This document shows, piece by piece, positions 1-12,058 of a stretch of 58,196 nt of DNA. Under the pieces are notes generated by a model. It had not been told where the DNA came from. It searched no databases and saw nothing but the letters and a program-made list of their open reading frames with translations. The translations under genes and the position numbers were made by a program. Positions within the stretch are counted from its first letter, which is position 1; each line of letters opens with the position of its first letter. Origin of the DNA: a virus (taxonomy: Duplodnaviria; Caudoviricetes); IMG/VR virus record IMGVR_UViG_3300027973_000066, positions 1 to 58,196 of that record; one strand, written 5' to 3'.

Positions 1-58
1 CCATCTCGCCAATGTTGCTTGAGATGGTCTGCTGCGACTTACCAGGAACCAGGGGCAT
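1..58 (-). CDS. 5' part of the gene that continues at 58196..57648 across the circular junction (MPLVPGKSQQTISSNIGEM...)
   Basis: ATG at 58..56, 1 nt after the TAA of the 422..60 gene. The 19 codons end in ATG-G, identical to the last 4 nt of the window read on the minus strand. Confidence 0.85.
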   Translation of the reverse strand, partial: MPLVPGKSQQTISSNIGEM

Positions 59-59
59 C

Positions 60-422
60 TTAGCCTCCAACCGAATAGGTGACGTTGAGAGACTGGCCTG
101 TGCCAGCCACGATCACCAAGCCATTGGTGAAAAGCTGATTGACCGGGTGAACGCCAATCGTATTAGGCACCGTCACAAGGGCATTGGAGGCCGCCACAGC
201 GCCCGTAGAGGCTGAGTTGTACACGGTGCCTGGGGCGCTGCCCGCCACGGTCACAGACACGTTCACGAGCCTCCCAGAGCCTGTGATGACCTGCGTGGCC
301 GTTGTAGTGGTCGCCGTGGCAGAGGTGGTAGAGCCATACAGCCGAACTAGCGTCAGGTTTAGGGTGTTAACCCCAATGACGCCGTTCTTCTGGATTGTGG
401 CAATGTCATCAAGACTGGCCAT
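60..422 (-). CDS. Small beta-rich putative virion protein
   Basis: 120-aa Thr/Val/Gly-rich ORF, coupled (TGATG) to the nozzle gene. Confidence 0.7.
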   Translation of the reverse strand: MASLDDIATIQKNGVIGVNTLNLTLVRLYGSTTSATATTTTATQVITGSGRLVNVSVTVAGSAPGTVYNSASTGAVAASNALVTVPNTIGVHPVNQLFTNGLVIVAGTGQSLNVTYSVGG

Positions 423-2515
423 CAGAACTTCCCATCTGGCTGATACCGATACCGCATCGCGCCCATACGCCAGAACGAATTGAAGTCGTTGCTCTCCACC
501 TTAATGGATACCAGCCGCCCCCTAAAACGAGGCACAATATACTGCGTGGCCTGCGTGACCGTGTAAGGTCCGTATGTTGTCGGCGTGTCGCCAGGGTAGT
601 TCGTGACGTAGAACGTCAACTGAAGGTTGGCGTTGGTTGACCCGTTGAACGTGCCCCACTTTGCGTCGGGCCAGAACTGATCGATGTACGTCATCATGTC
701 GCCCTCAGACAGGGCGAAATACCCCGTCTGGAAGCTACTGTTCATGGCCTGATCGCCGGCATTATAAGAAGTTTCGTGCTGGTAAATAATGCCACCAGCC
801 GTGGTGCCGATCGGCGGCCCCAACACAGACTGGTTAATCCAGGCCGTGCGAGACAGGCTACCGAAGTCCCACTGGTTTAACCCAATGTTGTATTTCACGT
901 AGGCGTTGACCTCACCGCCATTGCTCATGGTCGGGTAGTACCACGTCACCTCATTGAACTGAGAGTTAGGCGCAACCCGGATCTTATGCAGATTGGTTTG
1001 GTCCAAATCCTGGAAGATCACGTCCCAGATCGGGCACAAGACGGGCTGCACGCCATTGCCGGCAAGCATGTAGAACTGAGATGGGCCCATCCAGAACACA
1101 GCACCACCTATGGAGGTGGCCGCCTTGGACGCTATCAGGCCGCAGCCGGTGCCAAGCTCATTGAACTGGTAGATGTATGGCTGGCCCACATACTGCATCG
1201 ACCAGACGGCAAGGTCAGTCCAGATAAGCCCCTGCTGCGGCCCCTGGATGGCACCAATAATCCTCGAGCCCTTGGGTATCCGGTAAGACCCGGCCTGATT
1301 GATAACCTGCCCGGCCCACACTTCATAATTTTCAACGTCGCACCAGCGGATCAGCAGAGGATCTTGAATGCCGTTAAACGTCGATCCCCAGGCGACAATC
1401 TGCCTCTGAGGCATGGCGACGAAGATGCCACCATTGCTTGAGGGGGCCTGAGCGATAGGCGTTGCAATCTGCTGGTTCAGCAGCGGCGACCAAGTGTAAA
1501 TGGCCCCACCGCTGGGAGAGGAAGGGTCAGTGGATGGCGATACGCTGGTAGGGCAGGCAATAAGGATCTCGCCCCAGTGATCCAGGGACCAGTCAGATGT
1601 TGTGATTGTCGTGCCTACTGCCGCAGTAGGCGTGACGCCAGTGCCGTAGCCACCAGCACCATACCCACCCGCACCATACCCAGTGCTTGTCGGAAGCGGC
1701 CCATCCCCGTAGTAGTACAGGTATCGAGAGTTGCCACTGTTAATGCTAACCGTGGTTGTCGATGTTGCATCGTTTTGCGCGTAAAATGTAAACGTGTTGG
1801 TTGTGACGCTCAAGACAACGTAATTGCCAGAAAGGGTAACGCCACCAACGGTAGTTGGCACGAGAACGGGGTAGGTGTTTCCAACCACATACCCGTGATT
1901 GGCCAATGTTACCGTTACTGTATTACTGCCATTTGTCGTCGCAAACGACGCAACAGTGCCACCAGAGGCAGTAGACGTTGCCGGCGCAGGATTACCCAAA
2001 ACATCAGTGGCATAAATTTGATATTGATTCGCAGACAAGAAAACGCAATCGTAAAACCCAAACAAAATCAAGCCGCCAATGCTGATATGTGTCTTAATAA
2101 ACACCGCATCAAAGGACGTAATGTTGCTTCCGGTGTCAGTGATGGTAACAACATTAGAGCCGCTTGTTGTACTCACCGCCACAGCCACATTGTGCGTGTC
2201 GCACTGAGGTGTGATGGGGTCCACAACTCCATTTGTCAAAACATATAGCGGAGCGCCAATAGTGGCATTGCCGGTGGTCTGGCAGCCGACTGCCAGCCGC
2301 TTCACATAATTCATGTCCTCCCAGGCCAGCAAAGCCCTTGGCGTGCCTATGACAGAACCGTACTGGGTCCACCCACCCAGCTTCTGCGGCAGGCCAATAC
2401 CCTGCCGATCGGGCACAAACCGGATCAGATTGCTGTAGGACAACGCCGCCTCATTCAGCGCCATCGTCCTATTTTCATCGACGCCAGGGATTAGCTTAAG
2501 AGTTGAATGCGGCAT
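422..2515 (-). CDS. Tail nozzle / DNA-stabilisation protein (P22 gp10 / T7 gp12-like beta-propeller)
   Basis: 697 aa with propeller-like motifs (DPLLIRWCD, GLIWTD, VFWMG, NEVTWYYP). Lies downstream of an adaptor-like gene and upstream of the ejection genes. Confidence 0.7.
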   Translation of the reverse strand: MPHSTLKLIPGVDENRTMALNEAALSYSNLIRFVPDRQGIGLPQKLGGWTQYGSVIGTPRALLAWEDMNYVKRLAVGCQTTGNATIGAPLYVLTNGVVDPITPQCDTHNVAVAVSTTSGSNVVTITDTGSNITSFDAVFIKTHISIGGLILFGFYDCVFLSANQYQIYATDVLGNPAPATSTASGGTVASFATTNGSNTVTVTLANHGYVVGNTYPVLVPTTVGGVTLSGNYVVLSVTTNTFTFYAQNDATSTTTVSINSGNSRYLYYYGDGPLPTSTGYGAGGYGAGGYGTGVTPTAAVGTTITTSDWSLDHWGEILIACPTSVSPSTDPSSPSGGAIYTWSPLLNQQIATPIAQAPSSNGGIFVAMPQRQIVAWGSTFNGIQDPLLIRWCDVENYEVWAGQVINQAGSYRIPKGSRIIGAIQGPQQGLIWTDLAVWSMQYVGQPYIYQFNELGTGCGLIASKAATSIGGAVFWMGPSQFYMLAGNGVQPVLCPIWDVIFQDLDQTNLHKIRVAPNSQFNEVTWYYPTMSNGGEVNAYVKYNIGLNQWDFGSLSRTAWINQSVLGPPIGTTAGGIIYQHETSYNAGDQAMNSSFQTGYFALSEGDMMTYIDQFWPDAKWGTFNGSTNANLQLTFYVTNYPGDTPTTYGPYTVTQATQYIVPRFRGRLVSIKVESNDFNSFWRMGAMRYRYQPDGKF

Positions 2516-2518
2516 GGA

Positions 2519-3238
2519 TTACCCCCTGGTCGGCGATGCGACCACAGCAGGCGACATAGAAGTCCACCCGCTGGACTCAAACTTCTTCCGGTACTCCTCA
2601 ACCGTCGCGCTCTTCAGCAGCGTCTGGTACTGCGTCTCATACGTCACCGGCATCTGAGGATCGTTTGCCATGGCGGAACTGAAATTGCGCTGGAATGCCG
2701 CGATGTAGATCATCGATGCCATGATCATCAAATCAGGCAGGTAGGTCGAGATGAAGGTGGTGGTGTTTGCGGCAGACAGAGAGGCAGGCCTCACCGTGCC
2801 CACGATCTCCAGCGTATAAGCCCCATCAGACCAGGGCGCGAACAGCAGCGTGTTCTGTGTCTGCATGGCAAAGAAGTTCGGCACAGTCTTGTTGGTCGAA
2901 CTGCCATAGACCCGGTTCACCCACTCTTTCGTCACCGGCAGCAGCGCCACTCGCGTACCATTATCCGGCGTAGTCGTGCCGGCAGGGGTGATCACGTTCA
3001 CCTCCTGGATGGTGATGAAGGCATCTATGGCGAACGTCAAAGACCGGGTGCCGTTCGCCAGCGCGTAGCTACTATTGGTAGATACCGTGGTCAGCAGATC
3101 CAGATCACGATAAATGCGGTTTTCCGCATACGTGATCATCGACGGCAAAATAGCCACGAAATTGGGGTCAGTAGCCGGCACCACTGCCATTGTGGCAATC
3201 TGGTCCACATATGTCGCATATGTCAGTCCAGTGGTCAT
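2519..3238 (-). CDS. Putative head-tail adaptor / tail tubular protein
   Basis: 239 aa; N-terminal helix pattern (ITYAENRIYRDL), 'P..FA' and 'P.SD..Y' motifs; position just before the nozzle gene. Confidence 0.6.
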   Translation of the reverse strand: MTTGLTYATYVDQIATMAVVPATDPNFVAILPSMITYAENRIYRDLDLLTTVSTNSSYALANGTRSLTFAIDAFITIQEVNVITPAGTTTPDNGTRVALLPVTKEWVNRVYGSSTNKTVPNFFAMQTQNTLLFAPWSDGAYTLEIVGTVRPASLSAANTTTFISTYLPDLMIMASMIYIAAFQRNFSSAMANDPQMPVTYETQYQTLLKSATVEEYRKKFESSGWTSMSPAVVASPTRG

Positions 3239-3250
3239 CTACTCAGCCCC

Positions 3251-3649
3251 TTAGTTTCTTGACGAAATCGCCTTAGCAATAGACGGCGCAATCTTCTCTG
3301 CGCTACGGCCAATCACATAACCGCCAAGCCCAAGCTGGACTATATCCCACAGTTTTAATACTTCTGCATCAGAAATTCCAGGGGCCGACCAACCAAGCCA
3401 GCGAGCCACAATCAAGCCCCCGAAAGTCAGCATCAAAATAGGCCGCCAGCTTGCCGCCAGGAAATGCTCAGACTGAGCCTCGGCCTTGACGATATCACCC
3501 GCCGCCTGATCCATAGCCGACTGATTGGCCAGCAGGGCCATGGTAAGCTCCTGCTGGACCTTGGCCGCCTGCTCAGGGTCAGGGAAGAACCTCTTCAGCG
3601 TGTCGCCCAGGATCGGTAATAGTGCCGGTATCAGCGCTGCGAACATCAC
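3251..3649 (-). CDS. Holin, 3TM GTA-release family-like
   Basis: EAQS...SWRP motif, hydrophobic segments and C-terminal GLGGYVIGRSAEK. Confidence 0.8.
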   Translation of the reverse strand: MMFAALIPALLPILGDTLKRFFPDPEQAAKVQQELTMALLANQSAMDQAAGDIVKAEAQSEHFLAASWRPILMLTFGGLIVARWLGWSAPGISDAEVLKLWDIVQLGLGGYVIGRSAEKIAPSIAKAISSRN

Positions 3650-5318
3650 TATTCTCCATAAATGCGAGATTAGCCCTCAAGCGCTCATCATTGGGCGCAT
3701 GATCCAATGCCAGCTTGGCCTGCTCCTTGGCAACATCTTTCAGCCCCAAGTTCCACGCCGCCACAGCCGCCAGATCATGCGCCCAGTAGCCCCACACAGC
3801 AGGGTCACCAGTGTAAACCAACGCACGATCCGTAATGGTCAACGCCCGGAACGAGTAGGCGTAGCACTCATGCCACCGGCTCTGCTGGTACATCAGCATG
3901 GCCAGATTGCACCAAGGCTCTCGAGTGTTTGGCCCCTCGCCGGCAGCCTGGAGGAACCACTTCTCTGCCGAAGCCTGATCGCCCATGGAGTTATACGTCT
4001 GCCCCAGCAGGCGCATGGCGTAGCAGCGCTCATTCTGGTTGCTGGCACCATTCATACCCAGATAGTGCGTCAGGGCATCACGAGCCTCTGGCCACCGCCG
4101 GTAGAAGGTCAACTCGCGGGCGTAGTAAAAATAGTGAGTAGGGTCGCTGGCATCTTCTTTCACTGCCGCCTCGAGGATTTCCATATATTGGCCACGGCTT
4201 TTGGTCGGGTCAGGATGGTGGGTCACCAGCAACGCATCAGTGCGTGCCACCACTTCCTGCATGCGGGGATCAATCCGAATCTCTTCATGGCACGGGTGGT
4301 GCCAGTGATAGCCGGCTCGGCTGTGGATCTTATGGTGGGGGAACCTAAGCCCGCTGCCCCAGTCAAACAGATACCAGAGGTTCGTGGTGTCAGGCTGCCA
4401 CACACGCTCAATCTCTTCGCGCCAGCCGGGTTCAAGAACCTCATCAAGATCGAGGCTGATGCAGACATCAATATCACGCGGAACTAGCGCCAGAACGGCA
4501 TTACGGGCCAGATCAAAGCGCCAGGGCTTGATGTGGATATCATGCACAATGGCTCCATGCCGGGCTGCCTCTTCGGCTGTTCCGTCCGTACTGCCGGTGT
4601 CGGCAATCACAATCACATCAGCATCCTTGGCTGACTTGCAAAACCTCTCAACAAAGTGAGCTTCGTTTTTGGCGATGGCGTAGATTGCAATTTTCAAGCG
4701 GGGCCTCTCAATCAAACCCCATTCCAATGCGTACTGGGGCCGGTTTTTGACAATCCATGGTCGCGCCTCATCAACATGGCGCTTCGTATCGTGACCTATG
4801 GTAGCCGACCCAACGTGAAAGACAAATGCGCGGGAGATAAAATGTTGATACCCCAGGGCGCGAAGATCCGCGCACTGCACATCATCTGAATACCAGTTGA
4901 TTGGCGGAAATGGCGCGGCCTCAAAGGCCTCCTTGCTGATCCAGGCCAGGATGGGAGAGATGGCATAAGCCTCAACCGGCTTCCATTGGCCTAGAGGGTC
5001 ACCCTTTTGGATATCCCTCACATTATCAGCCCTGGATGCCACCAGCCCCAGGCGAGGCACCATCCTCTTCAACGCCTTCACGTCATCCATCAATTTTCGG
5101 ATGGTGGATGGCGTCAGGGCGATGTCGTCATTGGCGATCAGGATCTCATCGTGGCACTCAAACACCTCGCGCATTGCGAGGTTATAATCGTCACCAAAAT
5201 TGCCCTGAGTGCCGTTAAAGACCCAGACTTCAACATCGTTTGGAGCATATTCATCCACCGTCTCCATCAGCCTGGAGAGGTGAGGGCCGCCCATCGTGCA
5301 TACGACAAACGGGATCAT
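3579..5318 (-). CDS. Tandem GT2/GT-A glycosyltransferase with C-terminal TPR repeats
   Basis: Two GT-A folds (ILIANDDI...YSDD; IAKNE...DTGSTDGT...ARN...LDLDE) followed by helical TPR-like repeats. Start placed at the ATGA overlap with the upstream gene. Confidence 0.85.
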   Translation of the reverse strand: MIPFVVCTMGGPHLSRLMETVDEYAPNDVEVWVFNGTQGNFGDDYNLAMREVFECHDEILIANDDIALTPSTIRKLMDDVKALKRMVPRLGLVASRADNVRDIQKGDPLGQWKPVEAYAISPILAWISKEAFEAAPFPPINWYSDDVQCADLRALGYQHFISRAFVFHVGSATIGHDTKRHVDEARPWIVKNRPQYALEWGLIERPRLKIAIYAIAKNEAHFVERFCKSAKDADVIVIADTGSTDGTAEEAARHGAIVHDIHIKPWRFDLARNAVLALVPRDIDVCISLDLDEVLEPGWREEIERVWQPDTTNLWYLFDWGSGLRFPHHKIHSRAGYHWHHPCHEEIRIDPRMQEVVARTDALLVTHHPDPTKSRGQYMEILEAAVKEDASDPTHYFYYARELTFYRRWPEARDALTHYLGMNGASNQNERCYAMRLLGQTYNSMGDQASAEKWFLQAAGEGPNTREPWCNLAMLMYQQSRWHECYAYSFRALTITDRALVYTGDPAVWGYWAHDLAAVAAWNLGLKDVAKEQAKLALDHAPNDERLRANLAFMENSDVRSADTGTITDPGRHAEEVLP

Positions 5319-5848
5319 GCACGTTCCAGAACTGTCAGGCCGTTGTTGTTTGAGTAGTGAGCCTTGATCCGCCATTCGGGGAATGTCGTAAGAAACTCCC
5401 ACACAGCCAGAATCAAGCCGGGGCCACCATCATCACCCGTCTGGCCAAAGGTCACCGTGTCATGCAAAGCAATATATTTCAAAACGCTATTGTGAAACGT
5501 AAACAACTCATGCCGAAGCTGTTTGTACGTATGCAAAGTATCAATGAACAGCATGTCTGTTTCTGCGATGGAGCCTAGCTCTAAGGTGCTGGCTTTTATA
5601 AACTCGGCCTTCTTCCCCTCCTCAAAAGCCAGTTCAAACAGGTGCAGGGCGGCAGGATGCTGGAAGATGTCATAGCTCATAAGCTGCGCCTTGGAGGCCA
5701 GGAAAGCGGTTGTGCTTGAACCCCAGCGAACACCAAATTCAGTGACATGATCACATTCATTGGCCAGATCAAAAAGGGTCGGAAGGTGTTCGTTGATATC
5801 GCTGGGGGTGCTGGCCGCTGCTACGTATTGCGCCTGAATGGGGGTCAT
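5315..5848 (-). CDS. Class I SAM-dependent methyltransferase (Methyltransf_24-like)
   Basis: EFGVRWGSST motif I, DMLFIDTLH and IALHD motifs. Confidence 0.8.
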   Translation of the reverse strand: MTPIQAQYVAAASTPSDINEHLPTLFDLANECDHVTEFGVRWGSSTTAFLASKAQLMSYDIFQHPAALHLFELAFEEGKKAEFIKASTLELGSIAETDMLFIDTLHTYKQLRHELFTFHNSVLKYIALHDTVTFGQTGDDGGPGLILAVWEFLTTFPEWRIKAHYSNNNGLTVLERA

Positions 5849-6078
5849 TTATCGGCTTTCTTATCCAGCTTCTCAAAGATCGCCTTCAGCATGTCCTTCA
5901 TCTCGGTGATGTCCTGGCGGTAATCCGCTTTGCTGACATACGAAGTGTGCATCTCGCGCTCTAGCTTGATAAGGTTTTCCTTCAGCGAACCAATGGCATC
6001 CCAGACTGTCTTGAGCAGCCAGCCGAAGCCGGCAACGCCTAGTGACATCATGGCGTTGAAGATATCTTGTTGGCTCAT
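5845..6078 (-). CDS. Small membrane-anchored coiled-coil protein
   Basis: N-terminal hydrophobic helix followed by a coiled coil; ATGA coupling on both sides. Confidence 0.65.
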   Translation of the reverse strand: MSQQDIFNAMMSLGVAGFGWLLKTVWDAIGSLKENLIKLEREMHTSYVSKADYRQDITEMKDMLKAIFEKLDKKADK

Positions 6079-6545
6079 CGCGGCACCTCTGGCCAAATTA
6101 CGTTGTAGGGAAAGCCGGGCTGGCTTGGCACATCTCGCAGAGCCTGCCGGTAAGCTGCAAGGTCAAAGTTAAGACCATTGCCATCCTCCAGCGCCTTGAT
6201 CACACGCCAGTCAGTGGCGGCGAGACGGGCATTCCGATCTGCGCGCACTGAGGATGCCTGCTGGGCATTGCGGGCGTCGATCTCATCCTGCGGGAGAGGC
6301 TCAATAGCCCACTGCTGAATCCAGGATTGCCCATCATAAACCGGGGCAATCTCAACCATGCGTTGCGTCAAAACATCAACCACCGGCTGATCCGAGTAAT
6401 GGACCGGGAACACGTTCCATTCGGCCAGACTGGCAGGCGACAGGATGCCATTCGGGAAACTTGTCGAAGGGGTGTCCCGCATCAGATCAGTCTGCGTGTA
6501 AGGATACGCAACAATCTGATTGTCGATGGCTTTGACGTAGAGCAT
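6075..6545 (-). CDS. Tail fibre assembly chaperone-like protein
   Basis: C-terminal R..RN.RL..TDW...YRQALRDVP.Q.GFP..V.WP signature. Confidence 0.8.
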   Translation of the reverse strand: MLYVKAIDNQIVAYPYTQTDLMRDTPSTSFPNGILSPASLAEWNVFPVHYSDQPVVDVLTQRMVEIAPVYDGQSWIQQWAIEPLPQDEIDARNAQQASSVRADRNARLAATDWRVIKALEDGNGLNFDLAAYRQALRDVPSQPGFPYNVIWPEVPR

Positions 6546-6546
6546 C

Positions 6547-6816
6547 TTAGTCTCCTAGTTGCTGCTTCAGCACCGCCAGCATCACCTTGGCCTTCTTCTG
6601 CTCTAGCCGCTCAGAGGCGAGAAGGCCAGTCAACTGATCGACAAAGCCAGACAGTTCAGCGCGGTCAATGCTGTTCATGGCGGCGATGGTTGCCAGCGCC
6701 AGCGTGTAGTTGTCGATGTTGATCTGGTAATGCATCACCTCTTGCTCGCGGGCTTCAAAGTTGATGGCGAGGATTTCCTCACGGGTCTTCGGTGTTTCTT
6801 TGGTGGTATCTGTCAC
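6547..6816 (-). CDS. Hypothetical helical protein
   Basis: 89-aa ORF with a GGAGAG RBS, inside the operon. Confidence 0.7.
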   Translation of the reverse strand: MTDTTKETPKTREEILAINFEAREQEVMHYQINIDNYTLALATIAAMNSIDRAELSGFVDQLTGLLASERLEQKKAKVMLAVLKQQLGD

Positions 6817-6827
6817 TTATCTCTCTC

Positions 6828-8875
6828 CTAAGTGATTGTGTTGAAGGCTACGCCAAGGCCGCTGCCTATCGGCAAGGTGCTTGGGTTTGCATATTTCGTT
6901 CCAAAACCAGAACTAGACCAAGGGTATGCGGTTACATACGGGCTTGTGTTGTGGGCAAAAGCAATACTTGCTCCATCTAAACTAAAAGCAACGTCAAACG
7001 TAGTACCGGTAGGTGAAGTGGCTGGATCAGAATATTTAGTTCCAAATCCCGACCCTGACCAAGAATAAACCGAAACATATGGCGCAGTGCTAGATTGGGC
7101 AATAGCAATTGCAGAACTGCTTGGATTAAATGCTACGCCATCCCCTGTACCAGTCGGTAATGTGGCCGGATCAGAATACTTGGTTCCAAACCCAGAGCCG
7201 GACCATGGGTATGTTGATACAAATGGCGTTGATGAATGTGCTACAGCAATTGAAATCCCATCGGGACTAAACGCCACGTCATTTCCTTGGCCTGTTGGTA
7301 AAGTTGCTGGATTAGAGTATTTAGTCCCGAACCCAGAACCTGACCACGGATAGGCTGATATAAATGGTGTAGTGGCGTGAGCAACAGCAATTGCCGCGCT
7401 ACTAGGGCTAAACGCCACACCATATCCGGTGCTGGCAGGAAGGGTGGCGGGGTTAGAGTATTTGGTGCCAAAGCCGCTTGATGACCATGGATATGCTGTC
7501 ACATATGGCGATGTGACATGCGCCACAGCAACCGAAGCCCCATCTGGGCTGAACGCCACGCCATCTCCATTGCCTGTTGGTAAGGTGGCAGCGTTGGCGT
7601 ATTTGGTGCCAAAGCCGCTTGAAGACCACGGATATGCCGTCACAAATGGCGTTGTGGTATGGGAAACAGCAATTGCCGAGCCATTTGGGCTAAACGCTAC
7701 TCCGTTACCTTGGCCTGTCGGCACCGTCGCCGGATTGGTATATTTCGACCCAAACCCACTTGACGACCACTGATACGCCGAAACAAACGGTGTTGTAGTG
7801 TGAGCAACAGCAATCTGCTGAGCCGGATACCCGCCGGATGCGAAGGCGACGGCATAACCATCGCTGCTTACGGCAGTTGATGGATTGGCGTATTTCGCCC
7901 CGAAGCCGCTTGAGGACCACGCATAGACTGCAATGTTGGGGCTGGTACTATGCGCCACAGCAAGGGCTGTAGCGTCTCCGCTAAAAGCAACGCCGCGCCC
8001 CGTGCTGGTGGGAAGCGTGGATGGGTTTGCGTATTTGGTTCCAAAGCCGCTTGATGACCATGGATACGCATATATATATGGTGTTGCGTCTGTTGTCACA
8101 GCAATAGCGTCGTTGTTAGGGCTGAAAGCCACGCCATTTCCATTAAATCCACCCGGCAGAGTTGCAGGGTCAGAGTATTTAGTTCCAAACCCAGAACCAG
8201 ACCATGGGTATGCTGTTATGTAGGGGCTGGCATCGTGCGCGACAGCTATTGCGGCTCCAGAAGGACTGAATGCGACGCTCCTGCCAGTGTCTGTTGGCAA
8301 AGTTGCAGGGTCAGAGTATTTAGTTCCAAAACCAGAGCCTGACCATGGGTATGCTAGAATGAAGGGACTGGAACCATTTGCGACAGCTATTGCAGAGCCA
8401 TTTGGGCTAAATGCTACGCCATAGCTACTGTTTGTTGGCAAAGTTGCAGGATCGGAGTATTTAGTTCCAAAACCAGAACCTGACCATGGGTATACTGTTA
8501 TGTAGGGGCTGCTGATGTAGGCTACGGCAATTGCAGAGCCATCAGGACTAAATGCGACGCCCCGAACGTCGCCTACCGGCAACGTCGCTGGATTAAAATA
8601 TTTAACTCCATAACCATTACCTGACCACGGATACGCATGAATATAAGGGCTTGAGTCTGTACCCACAGCAATTGCCGATCCAGTCGGGCTGAAAGTTACA
8701 GAAAAATGAGTTCCAGCAGGAGAAGAGGCGGGATTAGTATACCTTGCTCCAAACCCACTGGCATTGGTCCACGGATACGCAAAAACGCCCGTCGTACTGC
8801 CACACACAGCAATCGCCCGAGACGCCACTAGATTTGGCGTGAAGCCTGCGACCTGAGTTGTATTCGCGCTAAACA

Positions 8876-8876
<1 letters not shown>
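6828..8876 (-). CDS. 14-repeat (7+7) WD40-like beta-propeller, putative receptor-binding protein
   Basis: 14 copies of an ~47-aa unit (YPWSxSGFGTKYxxPATLP...GVAFSP...AIAVAH). Start taken at the TAATG overlap. Confidence 0.8.
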
Positions 8877-10840
<1,964 letters not shown>

Positions 10841-11341
10841 TTATAGCGGTCCCGTCTTCGGTACTTCCGTATTGTTGTATGGCAGACCTGGGTTGTTATT
10901 TCCAGGGGCATTTGGATCAGTGCCCGGCTGCTGGTTCTTACCGCCCGGCGGCTCACCAGTCTGCTGTGTCACACGGTTCTTGTTGTTCTGCGTAATACGG
11001 GTATTGCCGCCAGGAACAGGAATGCCAGTCTGAGCATTCACCGTGTTCTGCCCCGAGGTAACCCGAGTGCTTGTCTCAGCCGTCACAAAGTCCTGAATGC
11101 GAGGGTTAATGACGGGCATGGGATCAGCAGGGACAATGATAGCCCTCAACTGGTTTTGCGGGTCATCATAGCACACCCGACACACCAGGATCCGCTTGTT
11201 GATCATCGATGCGCCGGCCCAGTCGTATTGCCAGCTAAGATTGACGAGATTTTGCCGAAACCCGCACCTGTCGCAGATAGCATGCGCCTGGGGGCTGGTG
11301 GCGCTGGTTCTAGCCCGGCCAGATTGTGAGGCGTAAGCCAT
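10841..11341 (-). CDS. Phage protein with two CxxC pairs (putative Zn ribbon)
   Basis: CDRC...CRVC motifs, in the late operon. Confidence 0.65.
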   Translation of the reverse strand: MAYASQSGRARTSATSPQAHAICDRCGFRQNLVNLSWQYDWAGASMINKRILVCRVCYDDPQNQLRAIIVPADPMPVINPRIQDFVTAETSTRVTSGQNTVNAQTGIPVPGGNTRITQNNKNRVTQQTGEPPGGKNQQPGTDPNAPGNNNPGLPYNNTEVPKTGPL

Positions 11342-11353
11342 GCAAAGCCTCCA

Positions 11354-12049
11354 CTAGGGTCGGAAATAGCCAGATATCATCGGGCTGATGTACTGCGCCG
11401 CCGTCTCCACATTCTGTTCCGCAGCCACGTTGTAGCTTTCGTCAGCCACCGCCTTAAGCCCCTGAGCCATCTGTGGGGCCCAAACTTTTGAAAGGCGGTA
11501 CGCAAGCCCGTCAGCAAACGCCTCAAGCCAGAAATATGGGATTTCCACATTCTGGCCGCTCGTGAAATTAGAATCTTGAACTTGGCGCGTCTTATAATAC
11601 ACCAGATACTGAGCGCTGTAGCCATCCGGAACAGGCCAGAGTTTAACACTGCCGTTGATGAGGCGATCCTGCCAGTAAACTGTCGGAAAGCCCTGCTGCT
11701 CCTTGTTCGGATAGCTCGCATACTCCGTGCGGCTGATCGGCAGGATGATGCGATCAATCGGGTTAGAATTGCCATTGTCGATCCTGATGTAGGTGTCCAG
11801 CATAACCACGGTGTTGGGATCAATCGTGTATGTCGATTGCCCCGCCACCAGCGGCACAGAAATCCTCTCAACGGTCCAGAGGTTCACACCATTGTTGGAC
11901 CAGTTGGCCAGCATCATGTTGGCGGCAATACGCGCCGACTCCATATGCTCCTGGGTCAGCGAGGTGTTGCGGATGCCGATCAGATTGTAGGCATACAGAA
12001 CCAGTTCGCCCAGCGACGGATCAAAATTGTATGTGCCGCTAGTGGTCAT
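11354..12049 (-). CDS. Putative head-tail connector / adaptor protein
   Basis: 231 aa; 'NMMLANWSNNGVNLW' and 'LWPVPD' patterns typical of podovirus adaptors; position after the head genes. Confidence 0.65.
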   Translation of the reverse strand: MTTSGTYNFDPSLGELVLYAYNLIGIRNTSLTQEHMESARIAANMMLANWSNNGVNLWTVERISVPLVAGQSTYTIDPNTVVMLDTYIRIDNGNSNPIDRIILPISRTEYASYPNKEQQGFPTVYWQDRLINGSVKLWPVPDGYSAQYLVYYKTRQVQDSNFTSGQNVEIPYFWLEAFADGLAYRLSKVWAPQMAQGLKAVADESYNVAAEQNVETAAQYISPMISGYFRP

Positions 12050-12058
12050 GGTTTACCC

